Below are positions 1-12,700 of a stretch of DNA of 64,000 nucleotides, in pieces. A program made the translations under genes and the position numbers. Source of the stretch: Podarcis erhardii (lineage: Eukaryota); NCBI GenBank assembly GCA_964252035.1, contig OZ176200.1. One strand, written 5' to 3'. The notes beneath the pieces were generated by a model. The model made no database searches. It saw only the letters and a program-made list of their open reading frames with translations, and had not been told where the DNA came from. Each line of letters opens with the position of its first letter. Positions within the stretch are counted from its first letter, which is position 1.

Positions 1-237
1 GTGGTACAGATCTCTTGCCCCCTTCCCCCTTTGATTTGACTGATCAGGAGAGGCTTGGGAGTCGCTGGCGGGTGGCTGTTGCCCAGTTTTTTAAAAACTC
101 TGCGTATTTATGTTTTGCAGGGTGTGAAAGAAGGGCTTTGCAGCACCTTTTTACAATATGCATGTGTGCTTGGGTCCAGGGTCTTTTGCCTCACCATCCC
201 CACTACTGACTCCCTGTTGCTACTCAGCTTCCAAAAA

Positions 238-263
238 AATAATAATAATAATAATAATAATAA
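238..263. repeat. (AAT)n microsatellite
   Basis: Perfect AAT run. Confidence 0.95.
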
Positions 264-2068
264 AGTGTCCCCAGATTCATTGAAAAAAATCTGGTAACCA
301 TATACTGTATTACTCTCAGTGTAGCCAAGTATTATGCTGCAACAAGCAAAACCCTCCAGACATTCTGTAGTTTTTCTTCTTTGGAGTTCACATTATGATT
401 ACAGCTTTTAAAAATGTTGCTTCCCCTTTTTATTTCACTCTGTGCTATTTTTATGTACTTTATTTTCCTTCATTTCATTTCATTTTTTATTTACTTTATT
501 ACATGCATCTGGATAATCCGTTCTATGTGCATCTTATCTTGGTTTCTCAATGCTGGTCACTGACTATAATAATAAAGATTTGATTTTGATTTGATGGAGA
601 TATCACAGTCTTAAATTTGAAGGATAATTTGTCGTCATCCATCTCCCACACACATACTAGGAAGGGGTGGGAGAGAATCAAATATTGTGCTTGTGATGGT
701 CCTCCTTCTTTGAGGAAGACAACTAGCCCAGTTAATGTTATAAAAATACAGTTTTGATATTTATGTTTTCCCCAGAATAAGATACGCTGGTGGCTGGGAA
801 TAAAAGAGCTACTCTCTTATGCAGTGGGATTTTTTATTCTCCACTCCCCCCTCCCCCCTTTGAACATCAGATTCCCATACCACATAATAAACTGCTTTTG
901 AAAGACTTCAGCATTTCAAAAGCTTTTTTCCATGTGGCATTAATGTGAGAGTGGGGAATTGCTGTTTGAGAAAAGCCATTCCAAACTCCTCTTGGGCACA
1001 CAGAACTAGTTGCATAAGTCTTTGGATTCTGGTTAACATTCCTCTTTGAATATATCTATTTTCCTTTAGAAAAGATTAACCAGCTGATCTGCAGCAGAAA
1101 GCAAAAGCAGGAGAGACAGAAAGACAGATTCCCACAGTGCATGTATCTTAGGGTACTTGCTTGTTCATTATTAATTTTTTTTAAATGAAAGTTATAGCCT
1201 CGTTAGCTACATTTCTTTGAAGTTCATAAATATTTCTGTCTTGCTTAAGACAGAGGGCATTTCACTTTCCATAAAAGCTCTACAACGATCCTGTTATTAA
1301 AAAGGGGGAGGGAAGATTTATCGGCAAGCCAAAACTGCTCAGGCACACAGTCGTTTTCCCCAATCCATTGAGTCAGTACATCTAAATGGCCTTTCATTCT
1401 ATCCTGTAGTTCAGATTAAATTGTTTATTAGAATTTTTGTGCATTATTAAAAAAGAAAGGAAATTGTAGTCCTTTATTTTAAAGATTGCAGCAATAAAAA
1501 TTTAGATGATTCAAATTTATCAAGTGTATTGTATAAGGCAGTAACTGCTGCTATTTCTTTTTAATACTGCTAAGAGATTCACTGGATTTTGCCTCTTGCT
1601 TGCAGTCATAAATAAGCAGGCTGTTTACAAGATGTTGCAATGCAAGAGAAAGGAGGAAATGTTGCACGTATATATGCGGGGGGGGGGGGGAGATCCATCC
1701 AATTGCTTAAAGCATAAAGGAAGTTTTGAAACAGAGCTTAAGCCCCATCCCAACAAAATGATACTGAAGTTCTTTGTATGACTACTACATGTTTTCAATA
1801 TTTGCCCATATGAAAGCAAGGAGTAAATAAACCAGCCCAGATTCTGCAATACCAGAAATGCTCTGTGCATGTCGCTCTGTGTTCAAAAGCTGTGGAAAAT
1901 AAGACACAGATATTCCAAAAGACAGTTATTCATCTCTGAGGGTCATTTCACATCTTTCATTTAAAATGTGTCCCAGTCTTCTCACTGAATTCCACATATT
2001 GTGACATTTTGACAAAGTAGATTCAGAACTTAGGAGCAACACTGGTGGCATTTCAAAGGCAACACAAA

Positions 2069-2782
2069 CAGTGGTGTAGCGTGGGTTTCTGGTGTGCGGG
2101 TCAAGTGTTGCTCCCCCTGGTGGACTGGACAACTGGGGCAGAGGCACACTGGGGGGTCCTTCCCCCTTTGGGTGCTTTCCAGCCTCCCTCCCTCCCCTCC
2201 TCAGTGGGTGCTGGCAGCGCCCTCCATCCCTCCCTCCCTCTTGGCCAGGCTGGGCGGCACATGGTGAGCAGTGGTGAGGTGCAGTGGGCATGCTAGCAAG
2301 CACCCACCCTGGGAAAGCTTGTGTACCCCGCCATTGCACACCAGCCATGCCCCCCCGCCACTGGTGAGGCCAGTGCCAGGAGTTCCAAGTGGAGGCACCG
2401 GTACTCTGCCTGCAGTGACTGCAGCGACCCTGGCTTAGCCTCCACTGCACCCTCCCCTCCACGGGAGCAGACTCCTCCTCCCCAGCCTGGGCCTAGGCCA
2501 CTGCTCCCACCAGTGCCTAGCACCCGAGGCCCCACCCCTCCATCCTCACTGCTTCACAGGTTGAGCAAACCCTTGTCTCTTGGCAACCCCAGGGGCAGGG
2601 AGTGGGCACACAGGTGTCCAAGGAGAAGGAGGCACCACTGCAGGCTGGGTGGAAGCCCAGCCTGGGCACAGCTTACCTCCCCAAAGCTCCAGAATGTTGC
2701 CGGAGCTCAGCAGGGAGGCTGTTGTGGGGGCGTCTGGTTTTGCACCCCGGGTCACACACCCAGCCCCCCCACTCTACCACTG
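2069..2782. mobile_element. Non-autonomous hAT-type DNA transposon
   Basis: TIR CAGTGGTGTAG... / ...TACACCACTG. 8-bp TSD AACACAAA (2061-2068) versus AATACAAA (3181-3188), recovered after removing the Sauria SINE. Confidence 0.8.
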
Positions 2783-2786
2783 AACA

Positions 2787-3170
2787 GGGACACGGGTGGC
2801 ACTGTGGTCTAAACCACTGAGCCTCTTGGTCTTGCCCGTCGGAAGGTCGGCAGTTCAAATCTCACGATGGAGTGAGCTCCCGTTGCTCTGCCTGAACTTC
2901 TGCCAACCTAGCAGTTCAAAAGCTTTCCTGATGCAAGTAGACAAATAGGTACCACTGCAGCAGGAAGGTAAACGCCGTTTCCATGCACTCTGGTTTCCGT
3001 CACAGTATTCCATTGCTCCAGAAGCGGTTTAGTCATGCTGGCCACATGACCTGGAAAGCTGTCTGTGGACAAACGCCGGCTCCCTTGGCCTGAAAGCAAG
3101 ATGAGTGCCACAACACAATAGTCACCTTTGACTGGACTTAACTGTCCAGGGGTCCTTTACCTTTACCTTT
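2787..3170 (+). mobile_element. Sauria SINE
   Basis: tRNA-like head GGGACACGGGTGGCACTGTGGTCTAAACCACTGAG...GGTCGGCAGTTCAAATC, typical body (CCAACCTAGCAGTTCAAAAGC, GTCATGCTGGCCACATGACC) and (ACCTTT)n tail. TSD ACCACTGAAYA at 2776-2786 and 3174-3184. Confidence 0.93.
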
Positions 3171-3406
3171 TACACCACTGAATACAAAGCATTTTGTAAG
3201 ACTGCGGAAATTTCTCAGGAAGAGGGCAGGTGCATAATCCAACCACATGTTGCATGACATGGGCATCGAGTCCAGGATTCATGAACAGATAATTCTAAAT
3301 GAATTGGACTTCACTTCTGCCTTTGCAGGGGATATATATTCAGAGGGAGAGCAATGGCTTTCCTGTCTCCATCTCCTAACACTGCAAAATGTGTTGCTAC
3401 TAAAGG

Positions 3407-3616
3407 CAGGATTGGCCCTTGACCATGAGGCAAGGGGAGGCAAGCACATTGGGTTGCAGGATCCATAGGGGTTGCAATCCCAATGTAGATCTTATTCCTC
3501 ATCCCAACCCCTGCTTGTTCCTGATGTAAATCTTCACTTGTCCCTTATTACCCAGCGCAGAGGGGGTGCCTTTTTGTGGTTCATCTCAGGTACCAATATG
3601 TCGTGGGCCGGCCTTG
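3407..3616. mobile_element. hAT MITE
   Basis: CAGGATTGGCCC...GGGCCGGCCTTG termini. TSD ACTAAAGG / ACTAGAGG (7/8). Confidence 0.75.
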
Positions 3617-5879
3617 ACTAGAGGCAGAAATATTTATGTACTGTGATTGAAGTGTAAATGTGAAAACTGAAGGCCTTCCATCTGGTGGAAAGTGTTTGTG
3701 TTCATGTCCATGGCTGTCTTGGCTCCTAGGAAGTGATTTTTGCTGACATCATAAGCAAGCCAACCCATGAAGTGTTTGTTTTGGTGCTTTTTTTCAGTCG
3801 GAACTCACTGGGACTCAGTTCTGGTACCTCTTATAATTGCCAATATAAGAGAACAAAGGAGGCACCTCTTTTTCTAGAAGAACAACGCTGGTATGTTTCT
3901 TTTTTGTAATAGATAATATTTTGGTTGTTTAGGCCAACTGGAAGCTAATTGGTTGTATTTTTGCTTAACTGGTTCATGGACTGCATAGTGAATGAAATTG
4001 TCTTATAAAATATTAGCTATTCCGTGCCACACATGGGTGGAATATTGTGAAGAGGCTGGAATGCAAGCAAAAGCATATTTCTTTCATGTCCAAATCCTCT
4101 CTTGCGTACTCCTTCAGAGCTAATGGGACTAATCTGGAGTGTGCTAGAGATGCTTTAATCACTTTGTGATCTAGCAATGTAGAGAAAAGAGTTTCATTAA
4201 AGAGCTGTAAAATGGTGGCTGTATAGTGTGATAACCAGGCCCAGCACAATATGTCATGTTTCCTGACCAGTCTCAGGTTCCGTCCTTGGCATCTCTAAGA
4301 TAGCCATGCTGGGAACCTTAAGGTCTGCCTAAGAACTTAAGACAGGGTCAGAGAGCTGGTGGTCCTCCAGATGTTGTTCAACGCACACCAGCCCCAGCCA
4401 GCATGGCGAGTGTTGTAGATGATGGGAGTTGGTGTTTAAGTATTTGGAGGGCCACAGGCTGCCCATCCCACCTGAGAGAACCGCTGCCAGCCAGGACAGA
4501 CAAGACTGTGCTGGACAGACCAATGGTCTGACTCTTCTCAAGGTAGCTTCATGGAGTGTCTCTCTCACTCCAAGACACGTCAAGCTGGCAGGTTTATTAT
4601 TCTTAGATTTATTTAGTAATTACACAGCAGTTTCAGTCCGAGCCCTCCCAGCTCATTCTTCCCCAATGAGGCAGTTGGACGCACTGGTTGACACTGCCTA
4701 CGCCAGCAGGATATCCTCTGTTGCGCCTCTACTCTACTCTACTCTACTCTTCCTCCTACTACAAGGAGATTCAGGGGAAGGCTGCCCCTCCTCCTCTTGA
4801 GCTGAATCTAACAGTAGCTGTTCCTCTGAAGCAGGCCTGCTCTGTGCTGTCTTGAGGATTTATAGCCTATATTCCTGAACGGGAGGGGCTGGCATCACTC
4901 TCAATGTGGGAAGGAATCAAACCTCTACTCCCCTCAAGCTGCCCCCCTTCTTCTCCAGAGTCTTCACTGTTGCTTTGGGAAGGGACGTTCCTGACACTTC
5001 ATGTGTAGAGAAAGTAGTCTGTACTGCAAGCAGATCATGTTTACTGTACTAGAAGAAAATGTGAATATATCCATAGGAATCCATATAAGTAGTGCTATTA
5101 AAAAGGAACAATCCCCATATGCATTTGCTAAGTTCTGTCTACTGTAGTAGCCAGCAAAGGTTGCCCTGAATGCACATGATGCTCAGAAGGGTCGTGGCCT
5201 GCACTGCTAGTCAAAGTCAATGGAAATACCCATGTGAGTATGGATTTCAGAGACCTTTGGATAAACAAACAATAAGCAAAATGAACCTTCATTTCCTCCT
5301 AGATCATATTTTTACTCTTTTTGCTTTAGTGTTGTAAGAGAATAAATTTCCAAGTGCCATAACCATGTATTTGGTCTTCACACAGAAGTTCTATTTATAT
5401 CAAGTGGGAGTCCTGAATAAAAGGTGAAACTAATAATATATGGTCCAAAGTTAAGATGTATTGATTATGCCTCACACTTTGGGTAAATCAGTGGAATTTA
5501 TTTATGGGATGGATGCTATTTCCCCAATGGCAGGGTACAAATTCTGGTGACTGTTCATGCAGAGTATTTCCCCCTGCTTCCCACATGGCTTAGTAAGAAA
5601 AAAGGAGGCTTTTTTTTTATTAGCTTGAAGGTATGTCACATTGTTTGGTGAAGCTGTAATAGAAAACTTGCAGTCAAGAAAAGATGTCAGTGATGGCAAA
5701 CAAGCTGTAAGGCGGTTTGTGCTTGTTATCTGTGGCAGTGCTTGTTAAAAATGAAACTGTAAAGCTTCCATTTTTCAACCTGATATGCAGTAAGCTTTAC
5801 ATATTTCCTACCTGATGTGGGTTTTCTGGAAAACATCATGTTTACAGGTTCAAGATAGGGATCTTCTGACACATGCAGT

Positions 5880-6229
5880 AGTGACAGATGGGGTGGTGCA
5901 GGTGGACTTCTGTTGCTCAGACACTGAGGTCCAGCTCTGAGGTCCTTCTTGAAGTGAGATGTGCAGCTACAGGGAATGTGAGATGTGCAGCTACAGGGAA
6001 CCAGGCAGAGGGCCTTCTGGGTAGTGGTGCCCACCATGTGGAACACCCTCCCATCAGATGTCAAACAGATAAAACAACTATTTGACTTTTAGAAGACATC
6101 TGAAGACAGCCCTATTCAAGGAAGTTTTTAAATGGTTGATGCTTTATTGTGTTTTTAATATTTTGTTGGGAGCCACCCAGAGTGGCTGGGGCAACCCAGT
6201 CAGATGGGCAGCATACAAATAATAAAATT
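5880..6229 (+). mobile_element. L2-like LINE 3' end
   Basis: GCCTTCTGGGTAGTGGTGCCCACCATGTGGAACACCCTCCC and terminal GGGAGCCACCCAGAGTGGCTGGGGCAACCCAGTCAGATGGG...AAATAATAAAATT. Contains a 24-bp tandem duplication near 5955-6002. Confidence 0.65.
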
Positions 6230-6282
6230 AGGAGGAGGAGGAGGAGGAGGAGGAGGAGGAGGAGGAGGAGGAGGAGGAGGAG
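6230..6282. repeat. (GGA)n microsatellite
   Basis: About 17 perfect units, attached to the L2 tail. Confidence 0.95.
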
Positions 6283-6393
6283 TATCATCATAGAATTGTA
6301 GAGCTGGAATGGACCCCAAGGGTACCCATACACACGCTCTGGTAGAGGTGAGACTTGGGTTTGTGGTTGCATTTGTAGTTTTGACATTTGCAC

Positions 6394-7004
6394 TTTTTTT
6401 TTTTAATAATATTTATTGAACATTTTCAAATATAACAGAAAAAAGAAAAGAAATAAAACATCCATTTTATAACCTTATTTTCATTAGCATCTTGCCAGGA
6501 CTTCCCCACCCCACCCCCTCTTGTATTCCAATTCCTTCAAATAGATTCAGCAAGTTCTTACCCCAAATTTTAAACTTATTATAGTTAACCCAATGTAAAG
6601 AATGTTTTTCCATCCCCTAAAATCGACCCCGCTCCCTTCCACGAGTTCCCCTCTTTAATATGCAGAACAGATTAAAATAAAAGAAAATAGAACAAAAAAT
6701 AAAATATAATTTAACCCCCTTTGGATTCCAAATTTCCCTCCCCCCTTTCCCGGTTGCGTTCCCCAATGTCCATCAATGCCTGTTGTCATCCTGGAGATCC
6801 CACATCTAGGCCGAAATCCTTCACAAGTCCACTTTGCCGTCTTTTTAATAGTCTTTGCCGTCTTTTTGATCATCTTTAGTTTCAAGCGTCCAATCTTGGA
6901 AAAGCTCTATCTCAAAAAGGTCCATTTTTTCCATCCAGATCTCTGTATTTAAGAGTAAAAACTCCAATTTTGTTTCTTTAGACCTTTCAAATCTGGATGT
7001 CCCA
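6394..7004 (-). mobile_element. 3' fragment of an L1-like LINE
   Basis: T-run (poly-A on minus strand) at 6394-6404. 13-bp TSD TTGACATTTGCAC at 6381-6393 and 7005-7017. A-rich minus strand with an ORF-end remnant. Confidence 0.75.
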
Positions 7005-7179
7005 TTGACATTTGCACTTTTGGAGGGCTGAGAGGTAGTGGTGGTCTTCCTTTTTTGACGCTCTACCACTTATATAGCCTCATGGGAAATTCAGATTGCT
7101 TCACTTCAAATTGCTGCTAATCCTGCTACAAAAATGCAACATCACAGCCGATCCTGTGATTCCCAGTACTGAACTTGGA

Positions 7180-8050
7180 AACACAGAACTGAAAGGGACC
7201 TTGAAGGTCTCTCTGCCAGTGTAGAGAAGTCATAGCTCTACCATCACTGCTGATAGGTGGCCATCCAGCTTCTTCTTAAGATCTTTTGGTGAAGTCCACC
7301 AAGTTCTGGGGCAGTCTGTCTCAGTATTTTCATTCTCTCCCATTGCTGGATGTATAATTGTTACATCACATGTCTGTGTTTACATTCCATGCTTGGAAAG
7401 TGTGGGAAACAGAAGCCAGACCTATCTCTTCCATTGTGTTGTACTTTTGCACTTTCTCTCTCTCTCTCTTGGAGAAGATGTGAGAGGATGCTATGATTGC
7501 TTTGTCCTGTATATATTACTTAATAAATTACTTAGATGCCACACCTCATAGCCTCAGCTTTATTCTGCTGTTTGAGTGTGCAGATATCTTCAGATATGTG
7601 TCGCTGCTGCACAACAGGACTGAAGAGTTATGGCCGTCCCATGCTGCGTCCCGGAGAGGTTTGTCTCAATTCGGGGGCTGTGCGGTGCCCCCCAGCGCTT
7701 CCAACAGTCTGTTCTCCTGTTAAGCAATTCATATCATCAGTAAGACCCTCCTATTGATTAATCTATATCATTTTTTCTTGTAATTTAGACCCATTGGATC
7801 AGGTTCCACAGAGAACAAATTTGCTCCATTATCTCTGGGACAGCCCTTCATAAATCGGAAGTTATTGCCTCTTAAGGATCTGCTCTCTAGTCTATCCAGT
7901 TCCTTCAACCTTCTTTGCTAAGACTTGGTCTCCAGGCTCCATGCCATCTTTGTCATCTTTCTCTGGATATATTTCAGTTTATTGATATATTGCTTAAGCT
8001 GCAGAGCACAGAACTGGACACAGTGCTCCAGCTGTCCTGCTGCTAATGTA
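7180..8050 (-). mobile_element. Old CR1 3' fragment, interrupted at ~7323-7704
   Basis: Degenerate reverse complement of the CR1 3' UTR and ORF2 end (CACAGAACTGAAAGGGACCTTG, GTGGCCATCCAG, CACAGAACTGGACACAGTGCTCCAG). Confidence 0.65.
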
Positions 8051-8109
8051 GAAATGCATTAGCATTTTTTCTGCCACATCACACCAATTGATTGATTAGG
8101 TTTACTTCT

Positions 8110-8349
8110 ATGCTGCTTTTCCACAATGAATGTAATCCATTCTGGAAGCCTCTTCGGCTTCTGAAATGTTCGACAGCTGAGGCGTGGCTTTCAACTGGTT
8201 GCAAGAGCTTCCTGCACTCAAGCGGAAGTCACATCTGATGTTCAGCTTCCAAAAAACATTCGAAAACCAAAGCATTTACTCTGGGTTTTCGTGTTCTGGA
8301 GCTGAAACGTTCCAAAACGGAGCCATTCGGGAACTGAGATTTGACTGTA
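8110..8349. mobile_element. Tigger/pogo-like MITE remnant
   Basis: Ends GAGATTTGACTGTA followed by T. Internal TTCGAAAACC and CGGAAG motifs. Left end unclear. Confidence 0.5.
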
Positions 8350-9570
8350 TCCAAAATATGGAGCATGTCAGTAATTTCAAAATAACAAAAATCAACTATC
8401 TAACAAGCAGAGAATAAATTCAATATTACCTAAACAAAAAACAAAAAAACTCACCAATCTAGCTATAAGTACATAAATACAAAGCAAAACAAGAGTTAAC
8501 TGACAATAAACCTTCTGGTACAGTACTGGTCTCCCTGCACTCCAAGGAGCCTGGCTTAAATCAAGTTCATGGGGGAGGGATCCTTTCACCAGGGTAGATG
8601 ACATACAGCTGGCTCCTATATCCTTCCTCCAGAGGAGGCTGGCAGCAGCAACAGACAAATCTTGGGGCCAGCAATGATGCTCAATCTCTTCCCCAGCCTC
8701 CTGGAAGAACCAACCGCTGGTGCCGGTCTTATTGCACTGTTGACGTATGTTTAGCGTGAGGTCTACAAACCACCCCTAAATCCTGTCCAATGAAGCACTG
8801 CCCTCCTGCCTTTTATTCTTCCTACCTGAACGCATAACTCTTGTTAACTCTTTTGAATCTTGATAGCAAACTGAGGTGGCATTTTAAAGCTCATCTATTT
8901 CTACAAATCTACTTCAATAATTATAGAGCCAGAGTAAACTTTCAGAAAACTCCATTTCCTGCCCCAGTCTCCAGCCACATGTCAAAATATGATTATGATT
9001 ATTGAACTGGGGAGAGGGCATGTTTTGTAAGATTGAATGCTTTTGCTCCTAATGTACAATTAAAGTAATAGAAATTCAGCACAGTCAGTGGATATGCATC
9101 TATTCCACAGTTATGATTCTAAGCAATTTTACTAGAAGAGCCAAAATTTAATTCATGTGTTAAATATATCATTGTAAGCTGTCACTAGAAAGAGCTATTC
9201 AAAGATGTAAATTAATTAGGGCTGCTAATGTTTAGTCAATTTATCATACCAATCAATAAATAAAAACCCTCTGATTGACTAACAAAGGTGGGGAGGGGCA
9301 GTGATGGGTTGTGTGAAGGTATCCCTCTTCCCAGTCTTCCTGCTAGCCTCCGCTGGCCCCGGACACCAGCAAGGAACTCCTCCTCCTTCCTGATGAATGG
9401 GTGGGTGGAAATGCTGTCAGCAGGTTTCCCTCCCTGCAGCAGCCAGTGGAAAGTGCCCCAAATGCTCAAAGGGAGAAGCATGCGAGGGGGGATCCACCAG
9501 ACCCATGGCCATCAAATGATGGCATGGGCTCACCAGGCCTGATTGCTGTCCAGGGCAGCATGCTCTACAA

Positions 9571-9706
9571 CAGGCTTCCTCAACCTCGGCCCTCCAGATG
9601 TTTTGAGACTACAATTCCCATCATCCCTGACCACTGGTCCTGCTAGCTAGGGATCATGGGAATTGTAGGCCCAAAACATCTGGAGGGCCAAGTTTGAGGA
9701 AGCCTG
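9571..9706. mobile_element. Palindromic 136-bp hAT MITE
   Basis: CAGGCTTCCTCAA...TTGAGGAAGCCTG termini with internal palindrome TCCAGATGTTTTG / CAAAACATCTGGA. Confidence 0.85.
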
Positions 9707-12700
9707 TTCTGGAAGGGGGCAGAGGTGGTGGTTGCCCCCCTGGGCCAAAGCAGAGTTTAGGATTCCACCCAAAACACTTATTTCTGGTTAATTGGACAGG
9801 ACAGCTATTCTTAGAAAGCTGCGTTGTTGTTTTCATGTAAAGAAATATGAAACTGCAGTCTGCACATGAGCTACCATCACAGAAGAGGCATGTCTTCCCG
9901 CTTCTTCTTTCTCACTCAAAAGGAAATGCCTAATTTAGGATGGCGCTTCCTATTGCGACCCATGCATGCATCTTCAAAAAAACTAAGACAACATGCTTCA
10001 TTATATATGAACACTTTGAGTGATCTTCAACTAAATTTTGCTGAGAGTACAGAAAACTAAATGAACCTAATTCCAGTGAGTAAAGCTTGGTTGAACACCA
10101 CCCGTTGATATTGCTGTTTTTTTAAAAGTGGGTGGAATTCAAAGTACCGTAGCTCCAGTAGCACCAGCATTTCTCGTTGCCTGGTGGATGGACCTCCTGT
10201 CTCCTCCCGCTGTGCACTGGTGGTTCTCCCCCTCCCCAAGCGCTACTTTGAGGGGGGCAGAGGGGGAAGCCCTATCACACTAGTGGGACTTTCAACACTG
10301 GCCAGACCTCTAAAGCTTCTTTGGTAAGATAAAGGCACTGAGAGCAGCCAGTGTTGTATAACGGGCCTCACATGCACTATAGGAACCAGGAAATTCTGCC
10401 ACTAAAGGAAGAATCCTTCCCTGTGTACAGATGGGAGCCAGGTGTGCAGCAGAGGAGGAGGAGGATGAGTCTGACAAACATCAGAGCTGAGCACTCTTTG
10501 GAGGCTGAATCCGCAGCCTCTCCAAGACGTCTGGAGGCTGCCGCCCTGAGGTCACTTCTTCACCTTCCCTCATGGGTGAGCAGGCCCTGATAAGACCATA
10601 GGAAATCAGCATATATGTGGTCAGTTCTGGGCTACTCTGACAGCAGCTCAACAACTGAAAATCTGTTACTAATCTGTAACTAACACATAGTTAGGTTCAT
10701 AATTTGCTCTAGCAGCCCAATAGATTAGACAAAAATTTATCACATAAAATGCCGCCCAGTGTGCTGGGAATCACCTGTGTCTTCCTCCATCTGGTTGTTT
10801 ATAGTTTTGTGATGACCAATGGCTTTTAAGGAATAAATTTGGCCTTGGGCCAGGCACTGTTCTCAGTCACACCCTACCCTACAGGATTGTTTTAAGGATA
10901 AGCAATGTATGCAGTTCATGAGTACAGGATGAACTGTAATCAATATATAAGATGTTCTGGCTTAGCTAGATTGTAAACTGCGTCCCATGGCCTTTAGCTT
11001 TAAGAAATAAATAAGAAATGAATGAACTCTGGACTGACTGAGTGGGTAGTATTGTAGAATGGAGAAGAAAGTAACCATTTGCTAAAGTGCTACTAAAAGC
11101 TGTTTGGACAGCAATTAGCTGCTGCAATTAGGAACCATTCAAACATTACACTGTTTGGCTGTTTATAAAATAACAGCACATCACCTAGAAGGGAATGAAA
11201 AAATGTATAAAGTGTCCAGAATTGAATATTCTAATGATTGAAAATGAAAGGGGTATTTGAGAAAGTTATTTTAATTTCTACACTAGGTGCCTTTTTGTTT
11301 AGTATTCTTAGTAAAGCATTCTGTTAAACTAGGGAATCACGTCAGTTCACACAACCGAGGGGGGATTGTGTAGAATTCAGATGCAAAATCTTGGATTTCT
11401 TGGATGCAGAATTATGCATTTGTGAGTTACCATCAAAATTTACAACAGCTTCCACGGAGTAAAGGGCAAAGTTACACACTTTAATTTAGTATAATTAATT
11501 CCCACAAACCAAAGTGCAATCATCCTGTAATAATAATTACTTAGCTTGTAATACGTGTAGCAGCCTGAAGCTGGAATCAGTTAAGCTCGAGTTCTTAGGT
11601 TTATTTATTTCATTGGATGATTTATACTGAAGTCAATTAGATTAAATCCATTTTAATTAGGGAGGTGTGGAACTCCCCTAAGAAATTCCAATAGTCTTAT
11701 TTTTGCTTCTCTTGAAATTCCTCCCATTTTTCTCCCAAGCAGGAGAAGTCTTCCACTAATGTTTGCTGTAGGTGAATATGATCAGCTGTGGTTGTAGCTC
11801 CAATCCATAACTGGCTCCTCAGAGGTCCCTCAAGAAAGACACCCTTAGGGAGCCTCCCTCCCTCAGCAAGCCACCAGCTTAGGGTGACTGTGTGTCCTAC
11901 AGAGGACATTCCTCTGTTTGTCTGACAGCCCTCTGTGTTTGATAGGATCCTTCTTCGAAGAGCTCTTCAGTTGGCCGTGAAGTTGTGTGTCAACAGTTGG
12001 TACCTGGGCAGCAGACTGAACAGATGTGCAAGTCACCCAGTCACAGTCTTCTGCATGGGTGAATATATATTTCTTTCCCAGTTAAAGTAGTTATTTCTAA
12101 ATTAGTGTCTACAAATATACATTAGCATATTCACATTTGCATAAACATATATGCCTTCTTCTCACCACCATTAACTGCTTGTGGAGCTGGCAGACAAGCT
12201 GCAGGTGGTGACCTGTTCCTCTCTCCTTCCCCTCCACCATCACTGACTCCCTCTGCAAGCTAGAGGGAAAAGGGGAGGAAAAGAAAGAAGGCAGCAGCAA
12301 TGGGGGGGGGGCAGGGACCTAGTATTTTGTGGCACGTCCCCAACCACAATTTTATCAACTAAAGCCAGTCAGGAAGTCTGACTGAGCTGGATCTGGAAGG
12401 CAAAAAATATAGTTTAAGGACCATTCTTCTTTTTCTACATGAGCATAATTTAAGTGTAACAGAAAGTGTGCATTCACTACATGAATCAAGGTAGCTGAGG
12501 TCTGCAGTGGCTGTTTGGCAAATGTACCTGGGACAAAATAAACTCTTCCAGCATGTTTCATGTTTCAGGTGCTTGCTTGCTTGCTTATTTAGGTAGGTAG
12601 GTAGATTACCTACTTGCAAGGAAAAATTCATCAATGAAGATTAAGACTGAATCCCAGGTCTCATTGGTTTCCCTGGTTTTCTTTTTTACTACTCTTAATT

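Noticed and set aside
1926-2858. Cluster of 160-180 aa ORFs
   Set aside because: They fall within the GC-rich interior of a non-autonomous hAT element and show no transposase motifs.
2787-2870. tRNA-like A/B boxes (also at 53950-54027 and 55529-55600)
   Set aside because: These are SINE heads followed by SINE bodies, not cloverleaf tRNA genes.
6112-6393. Poly-Leu ORF (and the poly-Asn ORF at 55-297)
   Set aside because: These are translations of the (GGA)n and (AAT)n microsatellites.
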